Translations under genes and position numbers: made by a program
In this document: positions 1 to 10,536 of the stretch, piece after piece
Layout of the letters: each line of letters starts with the position of its first letter
Numbering within the stretch: the stretch's first letter is position 1
The notes under the pieces: model-generated
The model's input: only the letters and a program-made list of their open reading frames with translations
Told to the model about the DNA's origin: nothing
The model's database searches: none
Assembly (NCBI GenBank): GCA_037443805.1
Contig: JBBINQ010000009.1
Span: forward strand, 1,884-65,883
Direction: 5' to 3'
Source of the DNA: a candidate division WOR-3 bacterium
GTDB lineage: Bacteria > Hydrothermota > Tepidihabitantia > SM23-42 > JAOAFX01
Length of the DNA stretch: 64,000 bases

Positions 1-1324
1 TCTGGTCAGGCTCAGCAAACAATTCACTTTTTTGCAAAAACCAAGGAATGTACAGTTGGAAACTTGCCCAGCCTGCGCTCGGTGCCATTGCTGCAAACAG
101 ATCTGGATGTGATAATCCAATATGCCAGACACCATGTCCACCCATTGAATGCCCGGTTAGATAAATACGATTATTATCAATCTTGTAATTTCTTTTTGCT
201 TCATCCATTACTTCAAGAAAATCAAGTCTTCCCCAATCCTGCCAGTCAAAACCATATTTTCTGCGATTGGTCGGTGCCACAATAAAAGCCCAGTTCTTTT
301 GCGAATATGATTTTACCTGGTTGAGCGCTTCAACATTCGCACCATGACAGGACATAATCAGGGCATAAGTGGATTCAGGATTATAATTTTTAGGTGGAAG
401 CACTGCATAATACTGGCAGGAATTATCTATTTTTGAAATAAAAGTAATAATATGTGGTTCATTCTGGTCTTTTACCTTTATCCAGAAAGAATCGCTTGTG
501 CTATGTTCATCATTTGATACATCTATTTTGATCAAGATACTATCCTCTTTTTCAATCTCACCTTTTAATAAAATTGAAAATGGCACTTTTACTGCGGATA
601 ATGGCATTATCCGTGGAATTATTCTCTTGCTCTTTTCAATTTTATCTCCATAAACCTCAATTTTTAATCCTGCCATTGGTTTCTCTGTAGTATTTAAGAT
701 AGGTATGCCAATATAAGCTTCTGCGTGATTCTCTCCTCTAATTAAATCAGGCAGTGTAATATCATTTTTTATAAGCATCAATGGCTCAGGTTCAGGTATA
801 ATTTTAAAAGAAACATTGTGTTCTCCATATCCTGATAATTTGATAATTATTCTGTTAATGCCACTATTCAATATTACTGGAATCTGAACATATCCCGTAT
901 GATACACATCACCAGGATAAACTTTGCCATTGAGCACAAAAGAACCCGCACCTGATGCCTGAACCAGTGCGTGCATCTCTTTATCACAATGTAATTCTCC
1001 ATAAACAACACTGGCACACAAAATCCCAGCAACACCGTAATAATCCTGAATTGTATCCCATAATACATCGTCGTATTTGATCGTAATTCTATCATTCTCT
1101 GCCTCTATTTTATGCCATTTCGCAAAACCACCATTTATTAGAATACTTGGATATTGGATAGTTGTATCGGGTTTGAAATTTTCACGCTCTAAATCCAAAT
1201 CAATGCCAATAATCCCTTCACGAGCACCAATAGAAAACGGACCAATATACCACCAATCTTTAATCGCGATTGTATCACCTGATTGTAATGGAATGGTATT
1301 TAAGATCAGAAAAAATAAAAACAC
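1..1324 (-). CDS. Secreted alpha/beta-hydrolase, prolyl oligopeptidase (S9)-like; truncated by the window edge
   Basis: Not in the ORF track; translated by hand. The frame starts at GTG 1324 (VFLFFLILNTIPL..., signal-like) and contains PTNRRKYGFDWQDWGRLD and the nucleophile motif LTGHSMGGHG near 130-160. Confidence 0.8.
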   Translation of the reverse strand, partial: MFLFFLILNTIPLQSGDTIAIKDWWYIGPFSIGAREGIIGIDLDLERENFKPDTTIQYPSILINGGFAKWHKIEAENDRITIKYDDVLWDTIQDYYGVAGILCASVVYGELHCDKEMHALVQASGAGSFVLNGKVYPGDVYHTGYVQIPVILNSGINRIIIKLSGYGEHNVSFKIIPEPEPLMLIKNDITLPDLIRGENHAEAYIGIPILNTTEKPMAGLKIEVYGDKIEKSKRIIPRIMPLSAVKVPFSILLKGEIEKEDSILIKIDVSNDEHSTSDSFWIKVKDQNEPHIITFISKIDNSCQYYAVLPPKNYNPESTYALIMSCHGANVEALNQVKSYSQKNWAFIVAPTNRRKYGFDWQDWGRLDFLEVMDEAKRNYKIDNNRIYLTGHSMGGHGVWHIGLSHPDLFAAMAPSAGWASFQLYIPWFLQKSELFAEPDQ

Positions 1325-1332
1325 AATGGTAA

Positions 1333-2631
1333 TTACAATTTAAATGGCATTTTACCCGGCATCTTACCTTTACTCATTTTTTTGAGCAGGTCACGGGCAT
1401 AGAAAAACTGTTTCAACAACTGATTCACATCAGCAACGGTCGTGCCACTACCCATTGCAATCCTGCGCCTCCTTGAACCATCAATGATTTCTGGATGTTG
1501 TCTTTCCTTTTTGGTCATTGAATTGATTATTGCCTCAATCTTTTTGAATTCATCTTCATTCACATCAACTTCTTTTACGCCCGGCAACATTCCAGCAAGT
1601 TTAGAAAGTGGACCAAGTTTTTTTACCGCACGCATCTGCTCCATAAAGTCTTCCAAATTCAAATCACCTTTTGCAATCTTTTTTTGCAATTTTACCTGGT
1701 CAACCTCTTTTTCAACGCTCTTCACTTTTTCAACGAGACTGATAATATCCCCCATCCCAAGGATGCGCTGGGCAATACGGTCTGGATAAAATTCTTCAAA
1801 GCCATCAATATTTTCACTCGTACCAATGTAGTATAAAGGAACACCAGAAACACGGCTAATTGAGAGGGCAGCGCCACCCCTTGCATCGCCATCCAATTTT
1901 GTAAGTATCACGCCATCCAGTCCCACCTTCTCTTTAAATGTCTTTGCCTGGTTTACTGCATCCTGACCTGCCATTCCATCGGCAACAAGAATCCTGTAAT
2001 CAGGAATAACAGTTTTATTTATCTCTATCAATTCATTGACCAGTGCTTCATCAATATGGAGTCTGCCTGCAGTATCAATGATAACAATGCCATAATTTTC
2101 TTTTTCCGCAGCCTGCCTGGCAAGTTTAACAGTCATTATCGGGTCATTGTCTTTCAGGGGGAATACAGGAATATTGTTTCTCTTTCCAATCTGGGTGAGC
2201 TGTTCAACTGCGGCAGGACGCTTCACATCTGCCGGCACGAGTAGTGGTTTGCGATTATTAAAACGATAGGCAATCTTTGCGGCGGTTGTAGTCTTACCCA
2301 CACCCTGTAGACCGAGCAGGCTGATTATTGTTGGACCAGTATTTTTAAAAGCAAGGTGATGCGGATTTTTTCCCAACAACTCCACAAGCTCTTCAAAGAC
2401 AATCTTCATTACGAGGTCACCCGGATTCAGTCTTTTATCAAGGTCCTGGCTCATTGCCTTTTTGCTTACATTTTCAATAAATTCTTTTACTACCTGATAA
2501 TGAACATCTGCTTCAAGCAGAGTAATGCGCAGTTCTTTTAAAATTACATCAATCTCAGTTCGGGTAATTCTACCATAGCCTAAAACCTTACGCCTTAAAA
2601 TCTGAAAGCGGTCAACTAAATGCTGGAACAT
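1333..2631 (-). CDS. ffh: Signal recognition particle protein Ffh
   Basis: GLQGVGKTT, DTAGR, TKLDGDARGG and M-domain SRRRRIAMGSG motifs. Confidence 0.97.
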   Translation of the reverse strand: MFQHLVDRFQILRRKVLGYGRITRTEIDVILKELRITLLEADVHYQVVKEFIENVSKKAMSQDLDKRLNPGDLVMKIVFEELVELLGKNPHHLAFKNTGPTIISLLGLQGVGKTTTAAKIAYRFNNRKPLLVPADVKRPAAVEQLTQIGKRNNIPVFPLKDNDPIMTVKLARQAAEKENYGIVIIDTAGRLHIDEALVNELIEINKTVIPDYRILVADGMAGQDAVNQAKTFKEKVGLDGVILTKLDGDARGGAALSISRVSGVPLYYIGTSENIDGFEEFYPDRIAQRILGMGDIISLVEKVKSVEKEVDQVKLQKKIAKGDLNLEDFMEQMRAVKKLGPLSKLAGMLPGVKEVDVNEDEFKKIEAIINSMTKKERQHPEIIDGSRRRRIAMGSGTTVADVNQLLKQFFYARDLLKKMSKGKMPGKMPFKL

Positions 2632-3266
2632 TTCAATTGTTTTATTGCTTTTTTATAATCAGTAGCCTTAAAAACACCTGCGCCTGCAACGAGTATATCT
2701 GCCCCGGCTTGCGCAACAATCCGGGCATTCTCTCCATTTATTCCACCATCAACCTGGATTAAACACTCAAGATTATTTTTATCAATCAATGCTCTTGCCT
2801 TTTCAATCTTTTTTAAAACTTCTGGAATAAATTTTTGACCATAAAAACCTGGATGCACAGTCATTATCAACAAAAAATCTAATTCTTCAATGTATGGAAA
2901 AACTCTTTTTAATGGTGTCTCAGGGTTGATTGCAATACCGGCACGGCACCTATTTTTTTTAATGAATTTAATGCTTGTTTTTACATCTGATACAGTTTCA
3001 ATATGAAAAGAAATCCAATCTGCCCCGGTCTCAATAAATCGGGCAAAATATTTTTCAGGTTTGATAATCATAAGATGGGCATCAAGTTCAAGGGAAGTCA
3101 TATTGTCAATTGCCTGCACAATCATTGGTCCAAAAGTAATATTTGGCACAAATAAACCATCCATAATATCAAGGTGTATCATATCAGCACCCGCTCTTTC
3201 CACTGCCCTGATTTCCTGAGAAAATTTTGTGAAATCAGCAGCAATAATGGATGGAGCAATCTTCAT
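2616..3266 (-). CDS. rpe: Ribulose-phosphate 3-epimerase
   Basis: IAPSI, HLDIMDG..VPNITFG, MTVHPGFYGQKF, VDGGI. Confidence 0.97.
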   Translation of the reverse strand: MKIAPSIIAADFTKFSQEIRAVERAGADMIHLDIMDGLFVPNITFGPMIVQAIDNMTSLELDAHLMIIKPEKYFARFIETGADWISFHIETVSDVKTSIKFIKKNRCRAGIAINPETPLKRVFPYIEELDFLLIMTVHPGFYGQKFIPEVLKKIEKARALIDKNNLECLIQVDGGINGENARIVAQAGADILVAGAGVFKATDYKKAIKQLKCSSI

Positions 3267-3967
3267 TTTACAATCATCAGATTTATTGTATCACCCTCAT
3301 CAACCACCTGGTCAGGCTGGGGGTTCTGCACAATCACTGTGCCTTTTTCACCGCTCCCCTCTATCTCTGTAACAGTTCCCAGAACAAGATTTAGTTTTTT
3401 TATTAAACTTTTTGCCTCATCAAGTTTCAATCCAACGAGATTAGGTGATTTTAATACAATTCCTTTGCTGATTATGAGTTTTATTTCATCACCCTTCTTG
3501 ACTTCAACCTCTGCCTCAGGTATGGTTCGGATTATTTTCCCTGCTCCTATTGAATCAGAATAGACAGAATCAATATCGCCTATTACCAATCCAAGACGGT
3601 CAATAATCTGTTTTGCTTTTGCATATTCCAGACCAGTGATTACCGGTATCGTTATCTTTTCAATCCCAAGGCTGACTGAAAGATTAATTATTCTTCCTTT
3701 TTTGACCTTTGTGTCTGGTAGTGGTTCTTGAATGATTATTCTACCCTGTTCAATTATACGGTCGTATCGCCGTTCTGTGACAACCGATTGCAGACCAGTT
3801 TTTTTAAGTATTACTGTTGCAGAATCAAGTGGCAGATTACAGACATTTGGAACAATAACCTCTGCGCCCTGTCTCACAAAAAGGGGCATCAATAAAAAAT
3901 TGGCAAACAAGAGTCCAATTATAAAAAAAATTAAGACAATAATGAGATAGGTCAAAAACCTTTTCAT
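3263..3967 (-). CDS. Membrane-anchored protein with about three PASTA domains
   Basis: N-terminal TM helix, then repeats of VP.V.G...A....G..I.Q.P. Confidence 0.88.
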   Translation of the reverse strand: MKRFLTYLIIVLIFFIIGLLFANFLLMPLFVRQGAEVIVPNVCNLPLDSATVILKKTGLQSVVTERRYDRIIEQGRIIIQEPLPDTKVKKGRIINLSVSLGIEKITIPVITGLEYAKAKQIIDRLGLVIGDIDSVYSDSIGAGKIIRTIPEAEVEVKKGDEIKLIISKGIVLKSPNLVGLKLDEAKSLIKKLNLVLGTVTEIEGSGEKGTVIVQNPQPDQVVDEGDTINLMIVK

Positions 3968-4695
3968 TCGTCAAGAACTGTAGCAACGGTCAAATCAATT
4001 TTTGAACCTTTTTTTGCCTTTGTGCCGGCACGGGGATTTTGCGCCATCACAATACCTACATCAAATTCTGTGCTAACCTCATAAGAAACATTACCAACAA
4101 TAAATCCCCTTTCCTCAATTATTCGCTTTGCCGTAGAAAGTGCACGACCAATAATTCTTGGCACTTCAACCATCTCTGCGCCACCACTGAGAACGATTGT
4201 AACAGCATCGCCCTTTTTTACGCGTGTGCCAGACACAGGTATTGATGATACAATCTTATCCTTTTCAACTGCTGAATTCTCCTCGGTCTTAATATCACCA
4301 ATCCTTAAACCAAGCTCATTGAGCCTTGCCGTTGCCTCACTCAACCCCATGCCTTTAAGTTCAGGAACAATTACACTGCTTGAACCTTTTGAAATAAATA
4401 CCGTAATGCTTGATTTACTTCTCACAATAGACCCAGGCAGAGGAGTCTGTCGGCAGATTTGATTATCTGCATACTTCTCATTCTCTTCCTCACCACCAAC
4501 TACCAGCAATAATCCCCTATTTTCCGCAATCACCCTTGCCTGCTCTGGTGTTGAGCCGGTTAAATCCGGAATTACAACATCACCGCCAGATTTGGCAATC
4601 GGCAGAAGAAAAAGAAATACTACACATACAATTATTGAAGTTATAAGTGAAACCAGAAAAGAAATAAGAAATATCTTTGCTCCATTATAATACAT
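3964..4695 (-). CDS. Membrane-anchored protein with about three PASTA domains (paralog)
   Basis: N-terminal TM helix, then IPDLTG, VPELKG and VPRIIG PASTA repeats. Confidence 0.88.
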   Translation of the reverse strand: MYYNGAKIFLISFLVSLITSIIVCVVFLFLLPIAKSGGDVVIPDLTGSTPEQARVIAENRGLLLVVGGEEENEKYADNQICRQTPLPGSIVRSKSSITVFISKGSSSVIVPELKGMGLSEATARLNELGLRIGDIKTEENSAVEKDKIVSSIPVSGTRVKKGDAVTIVLSGGAEMVEVPRIIGRALSTAKRIIEERGFIVGNVSYEVSTEFDVGIVMAQNPRAGTKAKKGSKIDLTVATVLDE

Positions 4696-4774
4696 AATTC
4701 TCCTTTCATTTCAAAATGAAACCTTTAAGTTCTTATTAGAACCGCAATATTTTTGCATCCTGACGAGGTCTTCA

Positions 4775-4863
4775 CGGAGAGGGCGGGATTTGAACCCGCG
4801 TTCCGTCTTTCGACGGAAACACGATTTCCAGTCGTGCTCCTTGGGCCACTCGGACACCTCTCC
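4775..4863 (-). tRNA. tRNA-Ser (anticodon GGA), CCA not encoded
   Basis: Reverse complement reads GGAGAGGTGTCCGAGTGG...CACGA-CTGGAAA-TCGTG, a long variable arm, then GGTTCAAATCCCGCCCTCTCCG. Confidence 0.96.
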
Positions 4864-4909
4864 TAACATATCATTACTCGTTTATTGGTTAGGACGCCCG
4901 TTGTTATTT

Positions 4910-5086
4910 TCATTCTTTCTTCTCTTCTTTTTTTTCCTCTTCAGAACTGTCTATCTCGTGCAAACCTTTTTTAAATTCTCTAACCCCTTTGCCCAGACCT
5001 TTTGCCAGTTCAGGAATCTTTTTCGCACCGAACAAAATCAAAACGATCAATAAAATCAATAAAATTTCCTGCCAGCCCAGATTCAT
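4910..5086 (-). CDS. tatA: Twin-arginine translocase TatA/TatE (58 aa)
   Basis: Hand translation [41 protein letters not shown]; AGGAGG RBS; below the ORF-track length cutoff. Confidence 0.93.
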   Translation of the reverse strand: MNLGWQEILLILLIVLILFGAKKIPELAKGLGKGVREFKKGLHEIDSSEEEKKEEKKE

Positions 5087-5105
5087 TTTGTGCCTCCTTA
5101 CATCA

Positions 5106-5133
5106 AGTATATAGAATTTTCCCTTATTGTCAA
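5106..5133 (-). promoter_or_regulatory. sigma70-type promoter for tatA
   Basis: TTGACA-N16-TATACT. Confidence 0.7.
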
Positions 5134-5199
5134 GTTTTATACGGGTCCCCTTTTTTGAAGATATGAAACAGAGAGTAAAAGTGAAAAAATTTCAGATGA

Positions 5200-6039
5200 T
5201 TATATCGCGATATTGTCTATCAATCTTGTTTTACCAAAAAAAACTGCAATTAGAATGCGGTCTCCTTTTTTGATAAACCGCACCGGGCTTAAATCATTTT
5301 TATCTACAACAGCAATGTAATCTACAATTCCGTTCTTTGCTTCAATCATCTGGCGCATCTGATTTATTATATATTCAGGACTCTTGATATTCTCCTTATG
5401 GAATGATTCTTTTGCCCATTTTAATGATTGATAAATTACGGCTGCATTCTTCCGTTCATCAGGATTCAAATATGTATTACGCGAACTCATTGCCAGCCCA
5501 TCATCTTCCCGCACAATCGGACCAATAATAATCTTAACATCAAGATTTAAATCCTTTACCATCTTCTGGATAATTACTGCCTGCTGATAATCCTTTTCAC
5601 CGAAGACTGCAATATCAGGTTGAACAAGATTGAATAGTTTAAGCACCACAGTACTTACCCCGCGAAAATGTCCGGGTCTTGATTTACCACAGAGTATTGA
5701 ACTCAATTCAGAGACCTCAACATAAGTTTTATAATCTTCTGCATACATTTCTTTAACTGAGGGATAGAATAATAGATCTATTTTCTCTTTGCTCAAGAGC
5801 TGTTCATCCCTTTTTAAATCCCTGGGATAGCGATTAAAATCCTCATTTGGCCCAAACTGTATGGGATTGACAAAGATTGAGCATACGACAAAATCGCTCT
5901 GTTTATGAGCAATCCTTATCAGGGATAAGTGCCCCTCATGCAGATAACCCATCGTAGGCACAAAACCAATTTTTTTGCCTTTCTTCTTTATTGATTTAAG
6001 CAACCCCTTAAGCAGAGAGATTTTTTTAATTATCTTCAT
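5200..6039 (-). CDS. panC: Pantoate--beta-alanine ligase
   Basis: VPTMGYLHEGH, FVNPIQF, GEKDYQQ, GLAMSSRN, RLIDN. Confidence 0.97.
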   Translation of the reverse strand: MKIIKKISLLKGLLKSIKKKGKKIGFVPTMGYLHEGHLSLIRIAHKQSDFVVCSIFVNPIQFGPNEDFNRYPRDLKRDEQLLSKEKIDLLFYPSVKEMYAEDYKTYVEVSELSSILCGKSRPGHFRGVSTVVLKLFNLVQPDIAVFGEKDYQQAVIIQKMVKDLNLDVKIIIGPIVREDDGLAMSSRNTYLNPDERKNAAVIYQSLKWAKESFHKENIKSPEYIINQMRQMIEAKNGIVDYIAVVDKNDLSPVRFIKKGDRILIAVFFGKTRLIDNIAI

Positions 6040-6052
6040 AAAACTGCATTTT

Positions 6053-7735
6053 TTATCTTATGAGCAGGAACTTACCGGTTATTATATCATTATCTATGCT
6101 TATGCGATAGAAATATGTGCCACTTGAAAGTTGACCATATTTCCGGATATCTAAACTAATTGTATATTTGCCCTGTTTGTATCTATTTTCTGAAGTCATA
6201 ATCTGCTGTCCGAGTGCATTATATATGGTTAATCTTACATCCGCTTCAGCGGGTAAAACAAGCGAAAAATTGATAATGCCCTTTGTTGGATTGGGGAAGA
6301 TACCAAAACCATTGATTGTTTGAGTAATCTGTTCCAGCACTGCAACTGGTAAAATTTTAAACGAATATAATTGCGGCGGTACATATACCGGTGATGTCTT
6401 TCTAATATTAACTACATTTTTTGCAAGTAGATAATAATGAACTGTATCACCTGGAGACTGCGGTGGAATATAACCCGCATAAATTCCAGGTGTATCAACG
6501 ACCGCACTCAATGGTGTAGCAGTAAAACTTGATGCACTATTTATCTTGTAAAAGACTAAAGTAGATTCAGCCACAAGATTATTTGAAGTGATAATACGCG
6601 CACGCACCCGATAAGGAGTGGTTGTATTATTTGTATCATTCAAACGGTTATGGGCAATGTGAATGTATTGTGATTTAGGAACCTGCATAGTAATGCAATG
6701 GATTGCACCACCAGAATTAGCCATTGATGAACAATTAATTCCCACAACTGTATAACCAGGTAGATACTGTTGATAAGTATTCAATGCCTGCTGGTCTTCA
6801 GGTAGCCCCCAGGTTGGAACAAGGATTCTATTATTTACAAAAAGTGAATTAAGATAAGTGGGTGGCGCATCTGAAGTAGACCAGGGCATTACAATTCTCA
6901 CTACCCGATATGGAAAACCTTCTCTATTTTTGCAATGACTGATTGAATCTGCACGATTGTCAAGAACCGTATCATTGGGATGGCCTGATGCATATTCACC
7001 AACCATTACCAGTGTATCATTTAAAATCTTTGTCCACAAATCAATGTGTCCGGTATATTCAGTTAGAATCCTTTTTACTGGAATGGTTTGCTCAAGTCCA
7101 CTATACTCAAGCATCAACTGATTTATCTGAGCAGGTGTATATCCAGGGTTCTCTTGATAGATTAGGCTACTGAAGAATCCTGTGCCATGGCCATCTACCA
7201 TAAAATTTCCACCAGGGTGTTCAAGGGGTGAGCCATAAACTGGTATGCCCCATGCCTGACCAATACGCCAGGGTATTGCATCATCACTGGGTCTTGGACG
7301 ATTATACTGAAAATCAATAATGCCTTCAGTGTTATCCTGTTTTCTTATAAACCAGGGTCCATAATCACGAATCCATACAGAATTGTATGGAAATACACTA
7401 AATCTAACACTATCCAGTGATATGCCACCACTCGTCAAATAAGATTTAATACTATTTGTATCGCTTGCAGAAGCTATAATATATGCCTTGCATGAAGGAA
7501 CTACATTTCGCACAATTTCACGCATAACAGTCTGATAAGTACCAGTCCAGGTTAAAAACACACCTCTTACCGGTTCATATTCTGCAGGAGTAACAACAAA
7601 GCCGCCGGGTGGAGCAGTTATAATATGTCCTTTGCCAATTTCATTTATCCTTAAACTCTCTTCAGGTGTCATCCATATAGGTAAAAATTCAGATGGCTCT
7701 ACAAAAGAGAGCATTACAAGAAATATTAAACCCAT
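6053..7735 (-). CDS. Secreted agmatine/peptidyl-arginine deiminase family protein with T9SS-type C-terminal domain
   Basis: WIRDYGP, GGNF, GHID and GGAIHCITMQ catalytic motifs; C-terminal FPNP...IYNALGQ...GTYFYRI...KFLLIR. Confidence 0.88.
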   Translation of the reverse strand: MGLIFLVMLSFVEPSEFLPIWMTPEESLRINEIGKGHIITAPPGGFVVTPAEYEPVRGVFLTWTGTYQTVMREIVRNVVPSCKAYIIASASDTNSIKSYLTSGGISLDSVRFSVFPYNSVWIRDYGPWFIRKQDNTEGIIDFQYNRPRPSDDAIPWRIGQAWGIPVYGSPLEHPGGNFMVDGHGTGFFSSLIYQENPGYTPAQINQLMLEYSGLEQTIPVKRILTEYTGHIDLWTKILNDTLVMVGEYASGHPNDTVLDNRADSISHCKNREGFPYRVVRIVMPWSTSDAPPTYLNSLFVNNRILVPTWGLPEDQQALNTYQQYLPGYTVVGINCSSMANSGGAIHCITMQVPKSQYIHIAHNRLNDTNNTTTPYRVRARIITSNNLVAESTLVFYKINSASSFTATPLSAVVDTPGIYAGYIPPQSPGDTVHYYLLAKNVVNIRKTSPVYVPPQLYSFKILPVAVLEQITQTINGFGIFPNPTKGIINFSLVLPAEADVRLTIYNALGQQIMTSENRYKQGKYTISLDIRKYGQLSSGTYFYRISIDNDIITGKFLLIR

Positions 7736-7747
7736 ATTGTCTCCTTT

Positions 7748-9097
7748 TTATTTTAAGCCTGTTTTTTCAAGGCTGGTTAAAAATAAATCTTTTATTTCAT
7801 TCAGCCGTTCTTCGGTTCTTGCTTCAAAACGCAAAACCAGCACAGGCTGGGTATTTGATGCCCTGACCAACCCCCATCCATCACCAAAGTCCACACGCAC
7901 ACCATCAATATCTATAATTTTGTACTGGTTTTTGAATTCATTCTTTAATTTTTCTACAATCAAAAATTTTTTTTCGTCTAAGGTATCCACACGGATTTCA
8001 GGTGTGGAATAATATTTGGGCACCTTGCTCGCAAGCTCAGAAAGTCTTTTTCCTTCACTCAATATCTCAAGGAGTCTCAATGAGGCATATATTGCATCAT
8101 CATATCCATAATAGCGGTCTGCAAAAAAAATATGGCCTGACATCTCACCAGCAAGGGGCGCATTCTCCTGTTTCATCTTTGCCTTTATCAGAGAATGGCC
8201 TGTGCGATACATCAAAGGCAAACCACCCAGTTGCTCTATCCGTTCAATTAAACCTTTTGAACATTTTACTTCAAAGATTATTTTTGCACCGGGCAGTTTT
8301 TTCAAAATCTTTTCAGCAAAGATAGCAAGGAGCACATCTCCCCAGATTATATTGCCATTTTCATCAATTACACCAATCCTATCACCATCACCATCAAGAC
8401 CAATGCCCGCATCAAAATCCCCTACCTTAATTTTTTCAATCAAATCTTTTATATACTTCTCAACGGTCGGGTCAGGAAGATGGTTAGGAAAATTTCCATC
8501 AGGTTCTTTATATAAAATTTCAAAGCGTGCGCCAATTTTTTGTAGTATCTGTTCCATTATTGGACCACAGGTGCCATTTCCTGTATCAACCACCAATCTT
8601 AACGCCCTGTTTATTTTTATATCTCCAAGAACAGTATTAATATAATCAGGAATGATATCCCTTTTTTGATAATTACCACTGCCCGATGCAAAATCGGCTT
8701 TTTCAATTATTTCTCTTATTTTTAAAATCTCATTACCATAGATAGCAGTCTTATTGGCACACACCTTGAAACCATTAAACTCCTTAGGATTATGGCTTGC
8801 AGTAACCATTATACCATTAGGGATATTGTAATGGAATAAAGAAAAATATAGTACCGGAGTGGGCACGATGCCAATGTCAATAATATTACAACCTGTTTTC
8901 TGAAGATGTTTAATCAGGGTTGACATAATGCGCGGTGTGGAACTCCGCACATCGCCACCTACTACAATATTATCTTGTTTATTCAGACGAAAATATGTGC
9001 CGAGCCCCAGCCCCAGCAATGCTACATTCTCATCCTGTAAATCAGTATCTGCCAGACCCCTGATGTCGTACTCTCTAAAGATCGCGGGATTAATCAT
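7748..9097 (-). CDS. Phosphomannomutase/phosphoglucomutase
   Basis: FREYDIRG, TASHNP, DGDGDR, GEMSGH, RASNTQP. Confidence 0.95.
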   Translation of the reverse strand: MINPAIFREYDIRGLADTDLQDENVALLGLGLGTYFRLNKQDNIVVGGDVRSSTPRIMSTLIKHLQKTGCNIIDIGIVPTPVLYFSLFHYNIPNGIMVTASHNPKEFNGFKVCANKTAIYGNEILKIREIIEKADFASGSGNYQKRDIIPDYINTVLGDIKINRALRLVVDTGNGTCGPIMEQILQKIGARFEILYKEPDGNFPNHLPDPTVEKYIKDLIEKIKVGDFDAGIGLDGDGDRIGVIDENGNIIWGDVLLAIFAEKILKKLPGAKIIFEVKCSKGLIERIEQLGGLPLMYRTGHSLIKAKMKQENAPLAGEMSGHIFFADRYYGYDDAIYASLRLLEILSEGKRLSELASKVPKYYSTPEIRVDTLDEKKFLIVEKLKNEFKNQYKIIDIDGVRVDFGDGWGLVRASNTQPVLVLRFEARTEERLNEIKDLFLTSLEKTGLK

Positions 9098-10518
9098 AAT
9101 TGTGCCTCAACAAAATTTATTGCCTCTTCAATAATCTTCAAGGCAATATCTGCATCATCCCTGGTAATTATCAATGGTGGCGAGATGCGGAGCGAATTAA
9201 AACCTGCACCATAGATTATCAATCCCCTTTTGTAGCATTCTCCAGTAATTACCTCTTTTATATTTTTACCATCCCTGGTAACAACACGGGGAAAATGCTC
9301 TTTTGTATCTTTATGTTGAACAATCTCAAGTCCAATCATCAAACCCAAACCACGCACCTCACCAATAATCTTATGCCGATTCATTATCTCAATCAGACCC
9401 TGTTTTAAATATTCGCCAATAACACGGGCATTCTCTATTAAACCATTTTCTATTAATCGCAATGATGCAATTCCTGCTGCCGCAACCACTGGATTACCGC
9501 CAAATGTTGAGCCATGTGCACCTGCAACCCAGGCACGGGAATCAACCGCAGGGTCCATCAATTCTGCCTTTGCTACTGTTGCACTCATTGGTAAACCTGA
9601 GGCAATAGCCTTGGCAATTAAAATAATATCAGGTGAAATATTCACATGGTCACAGGCAAACCATTTTCCAGTTCTGCCCAGACCACTCTGAATTTCATCA
9701 AAGATTAAAATGATGCCATATTTATCTGCAATCTTGCGCAATGCTGGTAAAAATTCTGGTGGCGGAACAATATAGCCACCTTCACCCTGGATTGGCTCTA
9801 CCATCATCAGTGCCACATCTTCAGGGTCAATGAGCCTTTCAAATATCACATCTGTAAGATAAGAAAGGCAATAAATCAATGGCACACCTTCAAAATCATT
9901 TTTTATACACTCTGGATAAGTCTGATTGAAGACACAATGATAACAATAGGGATATGGTATATGATACACTTCTGGAATTAATCCAGAAAAATGTGCCCGC
10001 TGGACCTTTTTGCTACCTGACATCGTCATACCAGCAAATGTCCTGCCGTGGAATCCACCCAGAAATGAAATCATTCTTTGCCGTCTGGTATAGTATCGGG
10101 CAATCTTCAGTGATGCTTCTATTGCCTCAGCACCAGAACTACCAAAATAGACTCGTTTATCAAAATCACCAGGCGTGATTTCAATCAATTTCTCTGCCAG
10201 GGCAACCTGTGGTTCATAGTAAAAATCACTTCCTGAAATGTGTATCAATTTTCTCATCTGATTATTGACTGCTTTGATCACCTCTGGAGGGCAGTGTCCA
10301 GTACCAACCACAGCAAATCCTGCACCAAAATCAAGGTATTTATTTCCATCTATATCTGTTATCCAGGCTCCTTTTGCCTGTTCCACTACGAGCGGGATCT
10401 CCCTTGTTCGGGTATGGGCACCAAACATTACTTTTTTGTCCCGTTCTATCAATCTTTTTGCCTTTTTACCAATCTTAGGTGATTTATATGTTATAAATCC
10501 CATAAACTCCTTTCTCAT
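9094..10518 (-). CDS. Class III PLP aminotransferase (4-aminobutyrate/acetylornithine family)
   Basis: SGAEA, FHGRT, EPIQGEGG, DEIQSGLGRTG, STFGGNP. Confidence 0.92.
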   Translation of the reverse strand: MRKEFMGFITYKSPKIGKKAKRLIERDKKVMFGAHTRTREIPLVVEQAKGAWITDIDGNKYLDFGAGFAVVGTGHCPPEVIKAVNNQMRKLIHISGSDFYYEPQVALAEKLIEITPGDFDKRVYFGSSGAEAIEASLKIARYYTRRQRMISFLGGFHGRTFAGMTMSGSKKVQRAHFSGLIPEVYHIPYPYCYHCVFNQTYPECIKNDFEGVPLIYCLSYLTDVIFERLIDPEDVALMMVEPIQGEGGYIVPPPEFLPALRKIADKYGIILIFDEIQSGLGRTGKWFACDHVNISPDIILIAKAIASGLPMSATVAKAELMDPAVDSRAWVAGAHGSTFGGNPVVAAAGIASLRLIENGLIENARVIGEYLKQGLIEIMNRHKIIGEVRGLGLMIGLEIVQHKDTKEHFPRVVTRDGKNIKEVITGECYKRGLIIYGAGFNSLRISPPLIITRDDADIALKIIEEAINFVEAQL

Positions 10519-10536
10519 TTAATTAGAGGAATTGTG

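Noticed and set aside
4775-4863. tRNA-Ser as an island integration site
   Set aside because: No duplicated tRNA 3' end or integrase was seen, and it is flanked by core genes
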